64,000 nucleotides of DNA from Picochlorum sp. SENEW3 (GCA_034226945.1 CP120463.1:372001-436000); one strand, 5' to 3'. Counted from the stretch's first letter, positions 31,228 through 44,225 are shown. The notes: a model not told the origin generated them from the letters alone. Made by a program: numbers and translations.

Positions 31228-34200
31228 ATGCCTGCATCGTCGTTAGAAAGTCAATTACAGCGCATTGCTGTAGCGGCAGGAGTGCGGGCTCCTCAGCCTT
31301 CAGATCCGAGTGAAAGGGAGTATGATCCAGTGGGTGTCAAGGGGAAAGCTTCTTTGGTGTACTCGTCGTACCAGGATGCGGCTGAGGTGGGGTTGGAGGA
31401 GGTGTATGAATTGGGTCTAAAGGGTACGTTTTTTTTTCATGTCTGGATTCTCTTCGTAGATGGTGTGGGTGATGCCTGTGGTGTTTGTGTGTAGGATTTG
31501 ATGCTCTGTGTCGGTTGGATCCACGGTTTCAGAGCTGTCGACAGGCGCTTTTTAGTCAATCGGCAGCAGTGTCCTTTGACAGAGGGACATGGGATGCTGA
31601 GAGGCTCAAGGGAATTGATGCGCACATTGATCGGTTTTGCAGACTTCTGGGTCCGTACTTTTTGCTGCCTGCTGCTACTCGTGCACTCGAGTACTTGGTT
31701 AGAAAGTTTCAGGTGCATGAGAATAATGTGTATGCTCTGATGAAGGCAGCATTGCCGTATCATGGGACGGCAGAGTTTGTCCGTTGTGTGATGATTATGA
31801 GATTGAAGAAGACCTGCTTTGAGTTTTTGAGTCCGATGAAAAAATCCCCACCAAAAGGAGGGTTGTCTAGGGAATCTTTGGTTCAGAGGTGTATCACAGA
31901 TAGAGCATTGCTCAGGTTCATATGTGATATGGCTCGGGAGTTGTCAGATCCAAAGACGGGGGTGCGATCATGCATGGGGTGGTATGCTGTGGTCCTATGC
32001 GAATACATGGGTTCTCAGGAGTCAAGGGTTGATGAAAATTTTATCGCCTTTCTTCTCCCGTATATTATTCATGGAGTCCAGGGTCATGCTGTCACAGAAT
32101 ATAGGGATGCTACGTACATGGTCTTGGGGCAATTGGCAAGCAGAGCGCAATTTAGTGAGCAAGTTTTCAATGGTACGTGGTTTAATGTGTCTGTTGGTGA
32201 GATCTTTGGATGCCCTAGGATGTGTATCTAGTTGTACTCTTTGAGGAGAGATGGTGGATATCAGCATCTTCTCTGGATGACGTGTTTTAAAACAGTTTGT
32301 ATTCACTGAGGGTGGTTGACGGGTTTCATCTTGTTTTCTGTCTTAATCTTTGCACAAATATGTATTCAATATAAACTATGATGATGATGATGATGTTTGA
32401 TTGCATCTAATGGTGTGTTTTCTTGACTTGCAGAACTGCTTCCAGATATCACCAGTTCATGTACGCCAGGTTCGTTGCCTCAAGTGTTGCTCTTGTTGGG
32501 ATATTTGGCTTCCTCTCAAGAATGCTTCACCCGTCTTCCTGGGAAATGCTATGAGCATTTGTCCCGATTGCCCACCTTGTTTTCCGAGTTGAAGCAGCTC
32601 ACGTCAAAGATGCCGCATAGTCATGCATTGGGATATCTGCTCTTTGTTGCTGCTGCTGAGCATGCGCTGGACAAGGAGGAGCATGTTGATTCGTATTCTA
32701 GATTGATTAAGTCATTGGAGATGGGCGCGTATATGAATACATGTGCCGAATTTTTGTTGGGATTGGCTAAAACGCCAGTGTCTGGAGACAGGCAGACTCG
32801 GTTGGTGAGACTGATCAAAGAATTCGACCTGCCCCATGGGGACGTTCTTGAAAAAGCTCTGAATGAGTATCTTGCAGTAGAAGATCGAGATTCTGAAGAA
32901 AGATCGTGCTTGATGGGAGTCCTTGGCAAATCCCTGGAAGACACAGTCCGGGCGCCTCTGGTAGATGCCAATGTCACTCTTGCAGCTGGTGTCGATCATG
33001 CCTCGGCTGCGGTGCGAATAATGGCTCTGGAGAAATTGAATGATATTTTCAAATCTGAAGGAGCAACGAAGGAGGAATCAGAGATGATTTTAAAGGGGTC
33101 GCTGCTCCGAAGGCTCCATGATGATGACTTTGGTGTTGTGCTGACAACCCTGAATTTGGATCAATTGCCCCATCTTATTCCGGAAAATTTGCTCATGGAA
33201 AACCTCATCATGTGTATTGAAAGATGCATGAAAATGATATATTCCAAGCAGGATGGGAAGAGGTCCCGTGCGTTGGCTAGAAAATCAGCAAAAGTTGCCC
33301 TGCAGCATATTGCATTGATGCAGAAGGAGGAGACACTTTTGGTAGGAGTTCTCTTCTCTGTCCTGCTTGCTGGCACCCACTCGTACAAACTTTCACTCAA
33401 GAGTTTAGATCTATTGGTAAAAAATAAGGGCACTGTGATGTCAAAGGTCCTTGAGCCAGTGTACAAAAGGTATAACATGGGTGCAGTAGCAAATGGTACA
33501 AAGCGCTGTAGGAGAGGTGAAGCAACCGGCCTTACTGAAGGGTTTGATGTTGACGCGTTTAATCAAGATATAATCCAAACACTATCAAAGGGCCTCTTAA
33601 AAGAAGACGAAGCTCGTAATGTGCTGTTTGCGGTACTCGAGCATGGGGATGTCAACTCCTCAGCAAAGGCAGTAATTGCCTGTGTTATGGAGTCGGCACT
33701 CATGTCTGCTGGAGGTAAAGATACGTCAAAGAAGGATGCGATCGCTCAAAAAGTCATTCAATGGTTTAACAACGAGGGAGATGATTCGCTGCTTTCGCAG
33801 AGGAGGAAGAGTGAAGCATTCAAGTCTCTGTGGGATTCGAGGAAAAAGTCCCTGTCTTCTAAGTCTTTGCTTGACTTGGCATCAAGGTCTACCCATCTAT
33901 GTGCGATCGAACCCGAACTTTTGCTCGCAGCATTGTCAAATATGTCAAAAAAATCTTCACAGAATATGAGTGAGCCTGCCCCCATGGAGCTGTATGGGTA
34001 CTTGGCGACCCTATCACCCAATGTGTGGTTCCAGCATTTGGGTGCTTTGCTAGAAAAGCTAGATGATCCTGTGTCTTCGCTGATCACTTTCTGGGAAGAG
34101 GCATGCATGGAAGATACATCACTTGGTAACACAGCACCTCCAGCTTTAAAACAATGGTCAGAATACATTTCTTCGCAGAAACTGTCGGGTGATCAGAAGA

Positions 34201-37200
34201 AATCAGTCGCAAAGAGTCTTGTCAAGTTACTCTCTGCATTGTCCAATACATCTAGAAGTGTGAGGCAGGCCGCCTTATATTCATCTGCAATTCTGTTAGA
34301 TTCCATCGAAAATTGGTGGCCAGTCAAAATCGAACTTTCAAAATCCGTCGTGGAGTCTTTGCTGGAAGTGATTGTGAAGAGCCAAGAGAGAATTCTGGCT
34401 GATTCTGACGGTTTGGAGTACCTGCTGCAGCAAATTATCGGGCAACAAGATGCGAAAAGTAGAAAGAAAATGAAGAGTCCCAAATCTAGGGATGTCAAGC
34501 CTGCATTTTTTGATCCTGAAAGTCTGACTTCCTTCCTTCTGCAGGAGCTACAGAGTGATACCCAGTTGCAGCATACTCCTCTCCTCCTTCGTATTCTACA
34601 GGTTGGTGGGGCTGCAGAAAGACTTCCCGCAATCTGTGCTACAATATTAGAGAGATCTTTTTCAGATATCGAGACGGAAAGCTTTGTATCACCATTGAAT
34701 CCAACTCAGAGAGCAGCATGCCTAGAAATGTTACATGTGCTCAATGATCCCGATATCAACCGTGTCGGTTCACAGTCAGACAAGGCTATCTTGATGTCCG
34801 CTCTGAAGTCATCTACTTGGAAAGATGAGCCCGATTTACGACAAATTGGACTGTCTGCTTTGTCAAAATGTGTGTCATCCTCAACTTCAGTAGAGGACTT
34901 GCAAAATGCTGCAGAGGTGCTGATTAGTGCAGCGTCGACAGACTTGGACGAAAGTTGTCGAAAAGCAGCGCTTTCTACCTTAGAGATATTAAAAGTGTCA
35001 TCTGACGTGGTTGTACCATTTTTGAAGTTGCCTCAATCATCTCATGAGCAAGGCAAAAGACAGAAGTCAACTGCAAAGCAGGCAGCATTGGAAGCACAGA
35101 ATACAAGGGGAGAATCCATGTCGCTTTGCCTGCATACCCTTGAACTTTTGCAATGGAAACGAGATATTGAAGATTTTGAAAACTTCACCAAGCCTGTGCA
35201 GTCACTCATACAGGAATTCATGGTTCTCTCAAAGGACTTGCAAACTTCTGCAGGTGATTTGGACAGCGAGATGCAAGGTCCTGCAGTTGCGAGTTATGGT
35301 CTGCAACTGTGCCTAAACATCCTTCTATACATATCGGAAACACCAACACTTGAGAAGAAGGTGAGAAAATATTTCAACACTGGACTCATTGTTGATTGTG
35401 CAAGCAGCAGGGCTGATCATGCAGTGAGCACAGTTGCCCTGGATCTTCTCCGTTCAAGGATTGATTCTTGCCCTGAAGACGCCCTTGATCATATATTAAA
35501 AACTGTGGAGACGGTTTGCCGCATTGTATCTGATGAATCTGACAAATATAGTGCACTATTAGCCTCCAAGTCATTGTCCACTGCAGCTGCTGCCTGGATT
35601 TCAGGGGGCAATTCAATGCATGACTTAGTGCCACATGTGATCGATTCCATCCAAGATACTTCCTTTTCTCGCAAATATGCCATTTTGGGCGCGCTCGTAG
35701 ATTCCATGCCATCGAATGCGGCAGAGACAATGGCCTCCATTTCTTACCATCTGTTGATTTCTGATGACCTTGGTGAAGACTCGTGGAAGCAAGACGCTGC
35801 GGTATCAATTCTCTCAAAGGTATGCATATATGTATGAGATCTGTATTTATTCTTGGAGGCGATGACGATATCTAAATTTGCACGTCAGTCTGATCTCTTG
35901 ATGAGCATTACACACAAGTCCAATTGCTGTCCGAGCCCCAGACAGGTCAACACGAGTGCTGTGATGAATATTTACAAAACCTGAAATTTGAATGCAGAAC
36001 AATAAAGCAGATTGTATATCTGCTTTGGGATGGCTCCTTCAGATGTGTCTTGCACAGGATACAAGTTACGATGTTCAGCTGCAAGTCAATGCAATGACAT
36101 ACAAGCTCATGATGAACAGCATGAATGCACTCCAGCGCATGCAACAAGCAAATCCAAGCATACTTGAATCGTACGAGATTATTATGCAATCCATCTTAAG
36201 ACAGTTACAATTGATTGGGAAAGCCAGGGCAAAGAGTTCAGATCCTCGCCTCCTAGAAGTTGAAAATGGTGCATACAAAGTCCTCAATGCACTGAAAGAA
36301 ACAATGGATTCCACCCAATTCATTGAATGTATGTTACGATCTTTACTTCACAAAGACACAACTGAAGCCATGACCAGGAAATCGCTATCTCTATTAGGAC
36401 AAGTTGCATCTGATATAGATGAAGAAGAGTTGCTGCACACATCCTTCTATCAATGCGTGCATGACACGGTAGGTGCATGCATATCGATCGTAGACGTCCA
36501 TGGTAAAAAGTCAGAGATCACTCGCCAAGTTGCTCTGGAAACTTTGGGAGCATTCAGCAGAAAATTTGGTGCACACTACCATGACATTTTCTTGCAAGCC
36601 ATTCCTGCAACAGTTGATTTGGTGAATGAAGAGGAACTGCCTGCCATTCGAGGAACTGCGCTCCTTTGTCTATCATCATACATCAATTCCATGAAGAATG
36701 GGGTGATCCCAATGATTCCAAGAATAGTTCCAGCAATCATCCTCGGCTCCTCTGCTGCTCTGGAAGAAAATGCCTCTCAGATGTCTCGACTTGATCTCTC
36801 TGCATCTTTGACAGCACTCGAGGCACTAGCACAGAATCTTGGAAGCTTTATGGCGCCAAATATGATTGACATCCTGAGGATACTGTTACACGAGAATGTA
36901 GTCAACTCTGAGGACGAATCATGCAGGAGGCTGGGAAAATCCTGTTGCAGCATTATCTCATCACAAATACCTGCAAGGCTCTTACTCAGTCCATTATGCG
37001 AGATGATGGGAGAAAAAGAAGGACTGCATGGCTCTTCATTACGAAGTCTGTTTGAATTGGCTTCTGTTATGATTTATCACATGGACTCGACAGCTGTAGC
37101 CACGTACCATGCCACTGTCTTCTCCCTCATTTTACAGGGGTTGGATATTCGCCGAAATGGTAATGAGGAGCCAGATATTGTTGACTCCATAGAATCTTCT

Positions 37201-37998
37201 GTGGTTGATTCAATGGTGCAATTAGTTCTCAAACTGAATGAGACAAAATTCAAACCTCTCTTCTTTAGGTTTGTGGAATGGGCAACAACAAATCCAGCTG
37301 GGGAGACAGCCCCATCTCCAGAGAGAAAGATTGCATTTTTCCATGCCATCAGCGTACTAACGGAGAATCTGAAATCAGTCTTCACCCCATATTTCGCCTC
37401 CCTGGCGAAGCCAATCGTGCAGATACTCGAGGACCAGCAATCTGCTCTCCTCTTGCGACTCTTGGTGTTAAAGTCACTTACTCGTTGCTGCATATATGAT
37501 ACGAGTGGGTTCTTGGACGAACATCACTTCAGCAAGCTTTTAGATCCCTTGATTGAGATTATGAAGAGTCAAAATGGAGAACCTGAGGATGATCAAAAGA
37601 ATAGTGCATTGGTGACTGATGCTGCCATTGACGATATGATCCCATCACCAGAGGTGAGAGCATCACTTGGCGTCTTGGCACGCTATACAATCGCGTGTAT
37701 ATCTCAAATGGCAACTGCATCAGGATCAAATAGTGAATCTCGATGGAGACCACTGCACCATGCCGTGCTCATGGTCACCAGAGCATCCCACGCTGATGCC
37801 CGCCTTGCTGCCCTGGAAACAACCATGGCCATATGCGATGCCCTACAGGAAGAGTACCTCACCTTGCTGCCAGAGGCTCTACCATTCCTGAGTGAGCTTC
37901 TCGAAGATGAGGATACTCGCGTAGAAAAGAGAACTGTGGAAGTCCTGAAAAAGATGGAAGATGTGTCAGGAGAAGACTTGAAACAGTACTTGCAATGA
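31228..37998 (+). CDS. UTP10: U3 snoRNP protein UTP10/HEATR1 (BAP28); exons 31228-31423, 31495-32172, 32434-35819, 35998-37998
   Basis: SSLESQLQRI start, LGPYFLLPAATRALEYLVRKFQVH, LPYHGT, and C-terminal KLNETKFKPLF and YLTLLPEALPFLSELLEDED. Three GT-AG introns join the ORF pieces in frame. Confidence 0.93.
32236..32313 (+). ncRNA. Intronic box C/D snoRNA candidate in UTP10 intron 2
   Basis: ACTC/GGGT terminal stem, variant C box TTGAGGA 32241-32247, C' TGGATGA 32274-32280, and guide (ACA)GTTTGTATTCA 32292-32305 directly before D CTGA 32306-32309, complementary to LSU UGAAUACAAAC. Confidence 0.7.
35854..35940 (+). ncRNA. Intronic box C/D snoRNA, snR72/snoR72Y family candidate, in UTP10 intron 3
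   Basis: C ATGACGA 35862-35868. The 13-nt guide ATTTGCACGTCAG 35876-35888 perfectly complements LSU CUGACGUGCAAAU. D' CTGA 35890-35893 (+5 rule gives the yeast Am876 equivalent), C' TTGATGA 35898-35904, D CCGA 35931-35934, terminal stem TGG.GGC/GCCCCA. Confidence 0.85.
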
Positions 37999-38155
37999 TT
38001 CTATACAATTCATTCTTCTAATTCTTAGGGTGTAGAATTACACAAACAACTCGTATTGATAATACACGGAATGAGTCAATGTCACTATATATCCATCAAC
38101 ATGTTCATTTCTTCAAAATTATACCACGCATTCATTTCCCGCGAGTAGTCATGGC

Positions 38156-38731
38156 TCACTTTGCCACCCCTCTCCTGCTCTCAGATGTCATGTGACTCAC
38201 CTTCTCCAGTGCAGACTTGTACCTTGGGGATCCACTCACACCAGAAGACGGAGACGCAACTGAATCCTCTTGAGGCATCCAGCCACGCACATTGGAGAAC
38301 ATCTTTAACAAAATACCCATCCTTTGGGCAACATTCACACTCATCGATGGCCTTCTCACGCTCCGCTTACCTTCCGCATGGAGCGAAGAGATATTATTCA
38401 TTTGATTCATCACAGTACTTGCTGCAGGGTGACCCCTCTGATCAGCCCTGTATCGATCATCATTCTTTGTTGCTCCCAAGTACTCGTTCCGAGACGCCAT
38501 GGCCACACCATCATGGCGATCCCTCATCTGACGACGCCCCTCCATCTCTGTATTATAGGATGCATCAGGTGCATTCTCACCATAATATCCAGCCCTCTTC
38601 TTCGAGTCTACCGCAGTCCCTCCTACGGAGTAGGTTGCCCTAAAAACGGGCTGGCTCGAGTTGAAGGCAACAACCCTCCCACGGGGTGCTCCGACACTTC
38701 GACATGCTTGATTATTCATATAGACCAACAT
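38156..38731 (-). CDS. Hypothetical protein
   Basis: Open frame of ~190 aa filling the gap between UTP10 and NAGK, with a transit-peptide-like start. No recognisable domain. Confidence 0.4.
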   Translation of the reverse strand: MLVYMNNQACRSVGAPRGRVVAFNSSQPVFRATYSVGGTAVDSKKRAGYYGENAPDASYNTEMEGRRQMRDRHDGVAMASRNEYLGATKNDDRYRADQRGHPAASTVMNQMNNISSLHAEGKRSVRRPSMSVNVAQRMGILLKMFSNVRGWMPQEDSVASPSSGVSGSPRYKSALEKVSHMTSESRRGVAK

Positions 38732-39228
38732 GGATATTAATTCACAAGGATATGCGTGATAGTAGAGACACAACAACTGTCGGAAGATGAGAAACGCCGG
38801 AAAGATTCAGTCAAGAGGACAATCGCCGTTGTTTCCCTTTTTTACGCCAAAAATACTGCGATAAATATGCTTTACAATTTAAAATTGACAAGAGGCCAAC
38901 CGCAACGCGTTGTAGTAGTACTGGCCTGCGAGGCTCCCAAAACCCGCCACCCACATCTTTTTTTCTCTCCTATCAAACAATCCATTCGACGGTCTATTAC
39001 ATATTATACGGTCAAAGGACCTCTATGATAGGGACATGTGGGATGGAAACAAATGGCAAAATCGAGCGTCACCATCAGGCCAGCTTGGGAACACACAGGT
39101 GTACATTTAGAAAATCATTTGTTGCTCATTCTGCATGCATGCATGCATGCGAATTTCCCCTGATATTGACATCGCTATTTGATCAGATCGTAGATACATC
39201 GTCATCGTTTTAGATCAATCGGCTCAGA

Positions 39229-40272
39229 ATGATTGCTGTGGTCAAAAGCCCTAGTTCTGTTGGGAACAGTTGCATCCTTCGCGCTGCGAATGGCACTGGG
39301 ATTCAAGGGCCATCTGTGTCGTTTAGAAGTAATAGAAGTAAAAACACAGTGAGAAGGAGAAACGCGGGTGTCGTTTCAACGTGTGCTTTGAGTACAGAGG
39401 GCGAGCAGGCTGAGAAACAATTCAGTGCGTTTGATAGAGTGTCTATTCTCTCTGAAGCTCTCCCTTACTTGCAACGATTTCGTGGAAAGACTATTGTCAT
39501 TAAATATGGAGGAGCGGCGATGAAAGATGAGTCACTCAAGGCCCGTGTGGTGACTGACTTGGTGTTGCTGGGAACGGTGGGGATTCGGCCAGTTCTGGTG
39601 CATGGGGGTGGTCCTGAGATTAATATATGGCTCAGTAAGCTTGGTATTGAACCAAATTTCAAGAATGGGCTGAGAGTGACGGATGCTGATACGATGGATG
39701 TGGTGGAAATGGTGTTGGGGGCTCGTGTGAACAAGTCTCTGGTGAATTTGATACAACAGGCTGGAGGGCAGGCCGTTGGTCTGTGCGGGAAGGATAATGA
39801 TACGATTCTCGCCCGTCAAATGGTTGAAAAAGATATTGGATTTGTTGGAGAGGTGACAAGTGTGGATGCGCGATTAATTGAAGGGTTGGCTGGACAAGGG
39901 TATATTCCAGTGGTGGCCTCAGTGGCGAGCGATGGAAAAGGCCAGGCATTGAATGTGAATGCTGATACAGCGGCGGGGGAGATTGCAGCTGCTTTGAGGG
40001 CTGAGAAATTGATTTTGATGACTGATGTGGCTGGTGTGTTGCATGATAAGGACGATCCAGAGTCAATCTATGCTGAATTGTCTATTAGAAAGTGCAATGA
40101 GTTGGTTGAACAAGGCATCATTGCTGGTGGCATGATTCCAAAGGTTGATTGTTGCATCCGATGTTTGAGTCAAGGGGTAGCTGCCACTCATATTATTGAC
40201 GGAAGGCAACCTCATTCGTTGCTCATGGAATTGTTGACAGATGAAGGTGTGGGCACCATGATTCAGGGATGA
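39229..40272 (+). CDS. argB: N-acetylglutamate kinase, plastid-targeted
   Basis: [63 protein letters not shown] and [12 protein letters not shown]. Confidence 0.97.
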   Translation: MIAVVKSPSSVGNSCILRAANGTGIQGPSVSFRSNRSKNTVRRRNAGVVSTCALSTEGEQAEKQFSAFDRVSILSEALPYLQRFRGKTIVIKYGGAAMKDESLKARVVTDLVLLGTVGIRPVLVHGGGPEINIWLSKLGIEPNFKNGLRVTDADTMDVVEMVLGARVNKSLVNLIQQAGGQAVGLCGKDNDTILARQMVEKDIGFVGEVTSVDARLIEGLAGQGYIPVVASVASDGKGQALNVNADTAAGEIAAALRAEKLILMTDVAGVLHDKDDPESIYAELSIRKCNELVEQGIIAGGMIPKVDCCIRCLSQGVAATHIIDGRQPHSLLMELLTDEGVGTMIQG

Positions 40273-40352
40273 TGTCTTGTTTTCTGTGTGTAAATGTATT
40301 ACATATTTCCATGTCATGGAACTCAGTTTTCTATCTACCCTTTTCTTCTGTC

Positions 40353-42353
40353 TTATGAGGAAGAAATATACATGTCATGTTGCGTTCTATTGGGAGAAAT
40401 CTCAGATACCTGCATGGCAGTTGACAGTGTTTTGGGGGCATGCATGGAATGATGCATCACTGTTGGTGGATCAGGTGCAGCTTGTTGCAATGCCTGAAAC
40501 AATCGCTGTCCTTGAGATTTTCCCACACTCGATATAGTGCGTGATCTACTTCTTCCGTTCATTCTGAGAATATGTTTATCGCTCGATATCTGCTGATTGA
40601 TTTCAGTGCATGGGGGAGACACACCACCGCTACAGCTTTGTGAGTATTTTGCCCCAGATGATGCTAGAAGCATTCGCAGACCCCGAGTAGAGTGCTGAAC
40701 TTGATCCGCTTTCACAGGGGCATATTTCTCGGTGTATTCGTTCTCGCAGTACGTATGCTGAATATTTTCCTCCGCCCATCGCAAGCGTGGCGGGGACTTT
40801 CGTCCAGACACATCTCGCTTCAAAATGCTCTTTGGAGGCCCTGGTGTTTTGCCAGTATCATCATGGCATTGGTCAGCATGATATTTTTGTCGTACTGCAT
40901 ATATATGCTCCCAATCCTTTTCTATGTCTGCCATGTAGGTTTCCAGCGCCTCATCGCCGTGTTCCCGTCTCACAGACTCGACAGCCTCGTGTTCCAACTG
41001 CACAAGATCAACCTCCATGTCCAAGTCAACACCAGCCGCATTTAACTTAGCCCATTCTTCTCCAATCTTGTAATGCTTGGCAAGTCGTGTATTTATGACG
41101 CATTCTCGCAGCTTGGTGAACAACGCGTTTTCAATCTCACGCTGCTTACCAGCTCCTCCATTCTTGCCCCACCTCTTCCTCAAGAGAGCCCTCATGGATT
41201 GCACGCGGACAGGCGGTGGAGACGCCTTGCTCGCCGTGTTCTCGGCACAGGGCACATCTTCTGGACTAAGATCCACATTATGATTTCCAATTCCAATAGA
41301 TGTGTGCGATACTGGACTCTTGTCGCCTTGTTCAACATGCTGTGCACCATCATCATTGGGAACCCACACATCAGGGAATGTATTGAAACCCTCAAACACG
41401 TCCTCCGTGGTCGGTGGAAGAACCATATCCTCATCAATAGCACATAATTGCGGGGATAATGCTGATGTCGCATCACCGGATTTGTCCGCATCAGCACCAT
41501 GCTGCACCATGTTCACCAGAGAGACTTCTTGGGCAGCTGATCCTCTAAGTGACGACAGTGATGCCTCTGCACTCCCAGCATCTACACATTCCTTTTCGAT
41601 TGGATCTTCTCCTATATCAGGTTTATCGGTATCGATATTGGTGTCATCGTCGTCGTCATGCGCACAGCAGCCCCGCTCCACCGCTCCAGTATCCAGGGGA
41701 CCAGGAGATCTGGGAACGTCCCTATCAATGAGATCCAACATTTTCACTCCTCTCGATTTCACCTTGACAAAAGGTTTCACATGGTCTACGTCACGATTAT
41801 TATCTTTCTCCACATGTCTCGCGGTCGTATTGATGGACAGACGCTGTAATAATTGTTGCCTCAATTCTGACCGTGACACGGTCTCGACAGGTTTTGCCAC
41901 CCCAATATCAACCGTTGGAACGTTCCGCACTATTGTCGACGAGGACAAGATCCTTTCATACGCATCATCTGTATCAAATGTTTCAGAATCGCCACCACTG
42001 GCAGCATTGTCGCCATCATTGCCATGACCATGTGAATGAATCTCATCATCATTGCCATGACCATGTGAATGAATCTCATCATCATTGCAGAGCGGAATAC
42101 TCGAGCGACTCCATGCCACATCTCCAAATCTAAACGCTGCTTTCACCACATCCTGAACCGCCATGGCGACTCGGGCCGTCAACAATGACCCCTTCCTCAA
42201 CAAGTCGCTTGCAAACGACCAACACCGACTCATCTTCCTCGCACCACAATCCTCCTCCTCCTCCTCCCCATCTCTCTTCCTCTTCAGTACCCGACCAGAT
42301 CCTTCTTCTACATGAGACTGTGTCTCCTCCATAACGCCACCGATGCTCATCAT
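40353..42353 (-). CDS. Hypothetical, largely disordered protein with SILK and RVxF-like motifs
   Basis: ~666-aa open frame, acidic low-complexity N-terminal half, and KSILK...RLRWAEENI near the C-terminus. Confidence 0.6.
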   Translation of the reverse strand: MMSIGGVMEETQSHVEEGSGRVLKRKRDGEEEEEDCGARKMSRCWSFASDLLRKGSLLTARVAMAVQDVVKAAFRFGDVAWSRSSIPLCNDDEIHSHGHGNDDEIHSHGHGNDGDNAASGGDSETFDTDDAYERILSSSTIVRNVPTVDIGVAKPVETVSRSELRQQLLQRLSINTTARHVEKDNNRDVDHVKPFVKVKSRGVKMLDLIDRDVPRSPGPLDTGAVERGCCAHDDDDDTNIDTDKPDIGEDPIEKECVDAGSAEASLSSLRGSAAQEVSLVNMVQHGADADKSGDATSALSPQLCAIDEDMVLPPTTEDVFEGFNTFPDVWVPNDDGAQHVEQGDKSPVSHTSIGIGNHNVDLSPEDVPCAENTASKASPPPVRVQSMRALLRKRWGKNGGAGKQREIENALFTKLRECVINTRLAKHYKIGEEWAKLNAAGVDLDMEVDLVQLEHEAVESVRREHGDEALETYMADIEKDWEHIYAVRQKYHADQCHDDTGKTPGPPKSILKRDVSGRKSPPRLRWAEENIQHTYCENEYTEKYAPVKADQVQHSTRGLRMLLASSGAKYSQSCSGGVSPPCTEINQQISSDKHILRMNGRSRSRTISSVGKSQGQRLFQALQQAAPDPPTVMHHSMHAPKTLSTAMQVSEISPNRTQHDMYISSS
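42014..42088. repeat. 33-bp tandem repeat (~2.3 copies) encoding NDDEIHSHGHG
   Basis: catcattgccatgaccatgtgaatgaatctcat repeated at 42014 and 42047. Confidence 0.9.
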
Positions 42354-42918
42354 ACCGTGGCACAATGTCTATATATATACCTCTATGGTGTCTTGACAAC
42401 CACCGCTGAACGATCAGACACGAGTAAACCCCTCTTATAGAGAGCAATCGGGCAATTACCTATTCCACGTATATCAAATCAATGATATCAACGCTCTTCA
42501 GGACACTAGTACATCGATGTCGTTGTTACGCTTGAAAATGCCATTCCACATTCGCGTGCTAACAACCAGACATGTACTCTCTCTCCAGAAGCTATCTGGA
42601 CTCGCCACCCCAGTATCCTTCACAAACTATTCCAAATGAATAGTTACACTGAACCCTGCACGCTCCATCGACGTCTACGCAGGATTCGGATCATTTCAAA
42701 TAATAACGTCTTAATAAAAACAATAAATAATGTCGTTTAAAAATGACAGTACCGTCACAGTACCATGAATCACCTCCTGCTTGGCGCATGAACACATATC
42801 CCTTTCCCTTGTATGACACTCCATGTCATAGAAATATACAGGTGAAAAATAGGAGAAGGAAGGAACAGATTCGGTGCATTGCTATCGATTCTGCCCTCTA
42901 TCAGAGTGTTTTCATTAA

Positions 42919-43872
42919 ATGAAACTCCTTTGCCATGCAACAGGTTTTGTGAGCGCCTGCGCTCCACAGAATAGCCTCGATTCGAGGCGCATGGAATGCA
43001 TTAAAAGTCTTCAAAATTCAACAGTGAAACATTGTGTCAAATTGCTGAAGAAGAAATCCTATAGAGAGGAGACGGGGAATTGCATCCTGGCTGGGACTCG
43101 GGTGGTGGAGGAGCTTGGGCCCCATGTGGATGTTGCATGTCTCTTTTATCAACCGGATATACTGTCGGATGACGCTGCTGCGAGTATTCATGATCTGATT
43201 GAATCAGAAATGTCCATGGCAGTGTCCTCTGGGGTCATGGGAAAGATTACTGGGCTGGAGACGGTTTCTCCGAGCATGGTTGCGGCTGAAGTACACATGC
43301 CTCGTATGGCTGATTTTACATCATGGGAGCCTGGGACAATGACACGGTTGCTGGTGTTGGAGTGCTGTCAAGACCCTGGGAATCTGGGGACATTGTTGAG
43401 GAGTGCAGTTGCCTTTGGCTTTGACGGGGTCTTCCTGCTCCCTGGGTGCGCTGATCCTTTTAATGATAAGAGTATACGGGCAAGTAGGGGAGCGTGTTTT
43501 CGAATTCCTTTGAGCAGCGGTAGTATGGAGGACTGGCAGGATGTGTGTCGTCATCATGACCTCGTGCCTCTGGTGGCTGATATCAACGGCACAGAGCAGC
43601 GGGGTGGTGTTGTCAATTCAAGTCCCCAGGGAGATATTTCATACCTAGGTGATAGTAGTACTAGTAGCAGGAGGGTTAGTTTGGCTGTTGGGAGTGAAGG
43701 GCAGGGTGTGTCTCATGCCATGAGGGATGCATGCATCCCTATTGAGATACCAATGGCCGATGAGATGGAGAGTTTGAATGTTGCAGCTGCAGCGTCCATC
43801 ATCATGTGTGCTCTATCCCCAGCAGGTTTTCAAGTATTTCATACGATTGACGCCGCGTTGAAAGATGCATGA
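42919..43872 (+). CDS. SpoU/TrmH-family RNA 2'-O-methyltransferase
   Basis: SPOUT motifs QDPGNLGTLLRSA, KSIRASRGA, GSEGQG and IPMADEMESLNVAAA; N-terminal IKSLQNSTVK. Confidence 0.92.
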   Translation: MKLLCHATGFVSACAPQNSLDSRRMECIKSLQNSTVKHCVKLLKKKSYREETGNCILAGTRVVEELGPHVDVACLFYQPDILSDDAAASIHDLIESEMSMAVSSGVMGKITGLETVSPSMVAAEVHMPRMADFTSWEPGTMTRLLVLECCQDPGNLGTLLRSAVAFGFDGVFLLPGCADPFNDKSIRASRGACFRIPLSSGSMEDWQDVCRHHDLVPLVADINGTEQRGGVVNSSPQGDISYLGDSSTSSRRVSLAVGSEGQGVSHAMRDACIPIEIPMADEMESLNVAAAASIIMCALSPAGFQVFHTIDAALKDA

Positions 43873-44225
43873 ATGAACGAATTCGTAGTGTTCTTAATGT
43901 TTTAATTACAGCGATTTCTGACAATTTGATTCCGTGAAAGGAAAGATTCCTTTGCGCAATGCGCGAGGGTATATGGATACCCCTGAATTGACACAGAGCA
44001 TTAATACATTCAGAACGTACAATTGATACACATACCAAGGCAATATTGGTTGGGTTTTTCAGTTTCTGTGTATTTTGGGGCACATACGGCTGTCGTTCGT
44101 ATTTCTTTGGCAGTGACTGACTGGCAGCATTCTCTGTTCCCTGGCTACTTGTACCACTGACTCAGTCAGATCAACGTTTTTTCAATCAAAAATAGTATAT
44201 TTGGGGAAAGAGGGGCGGAGATACC

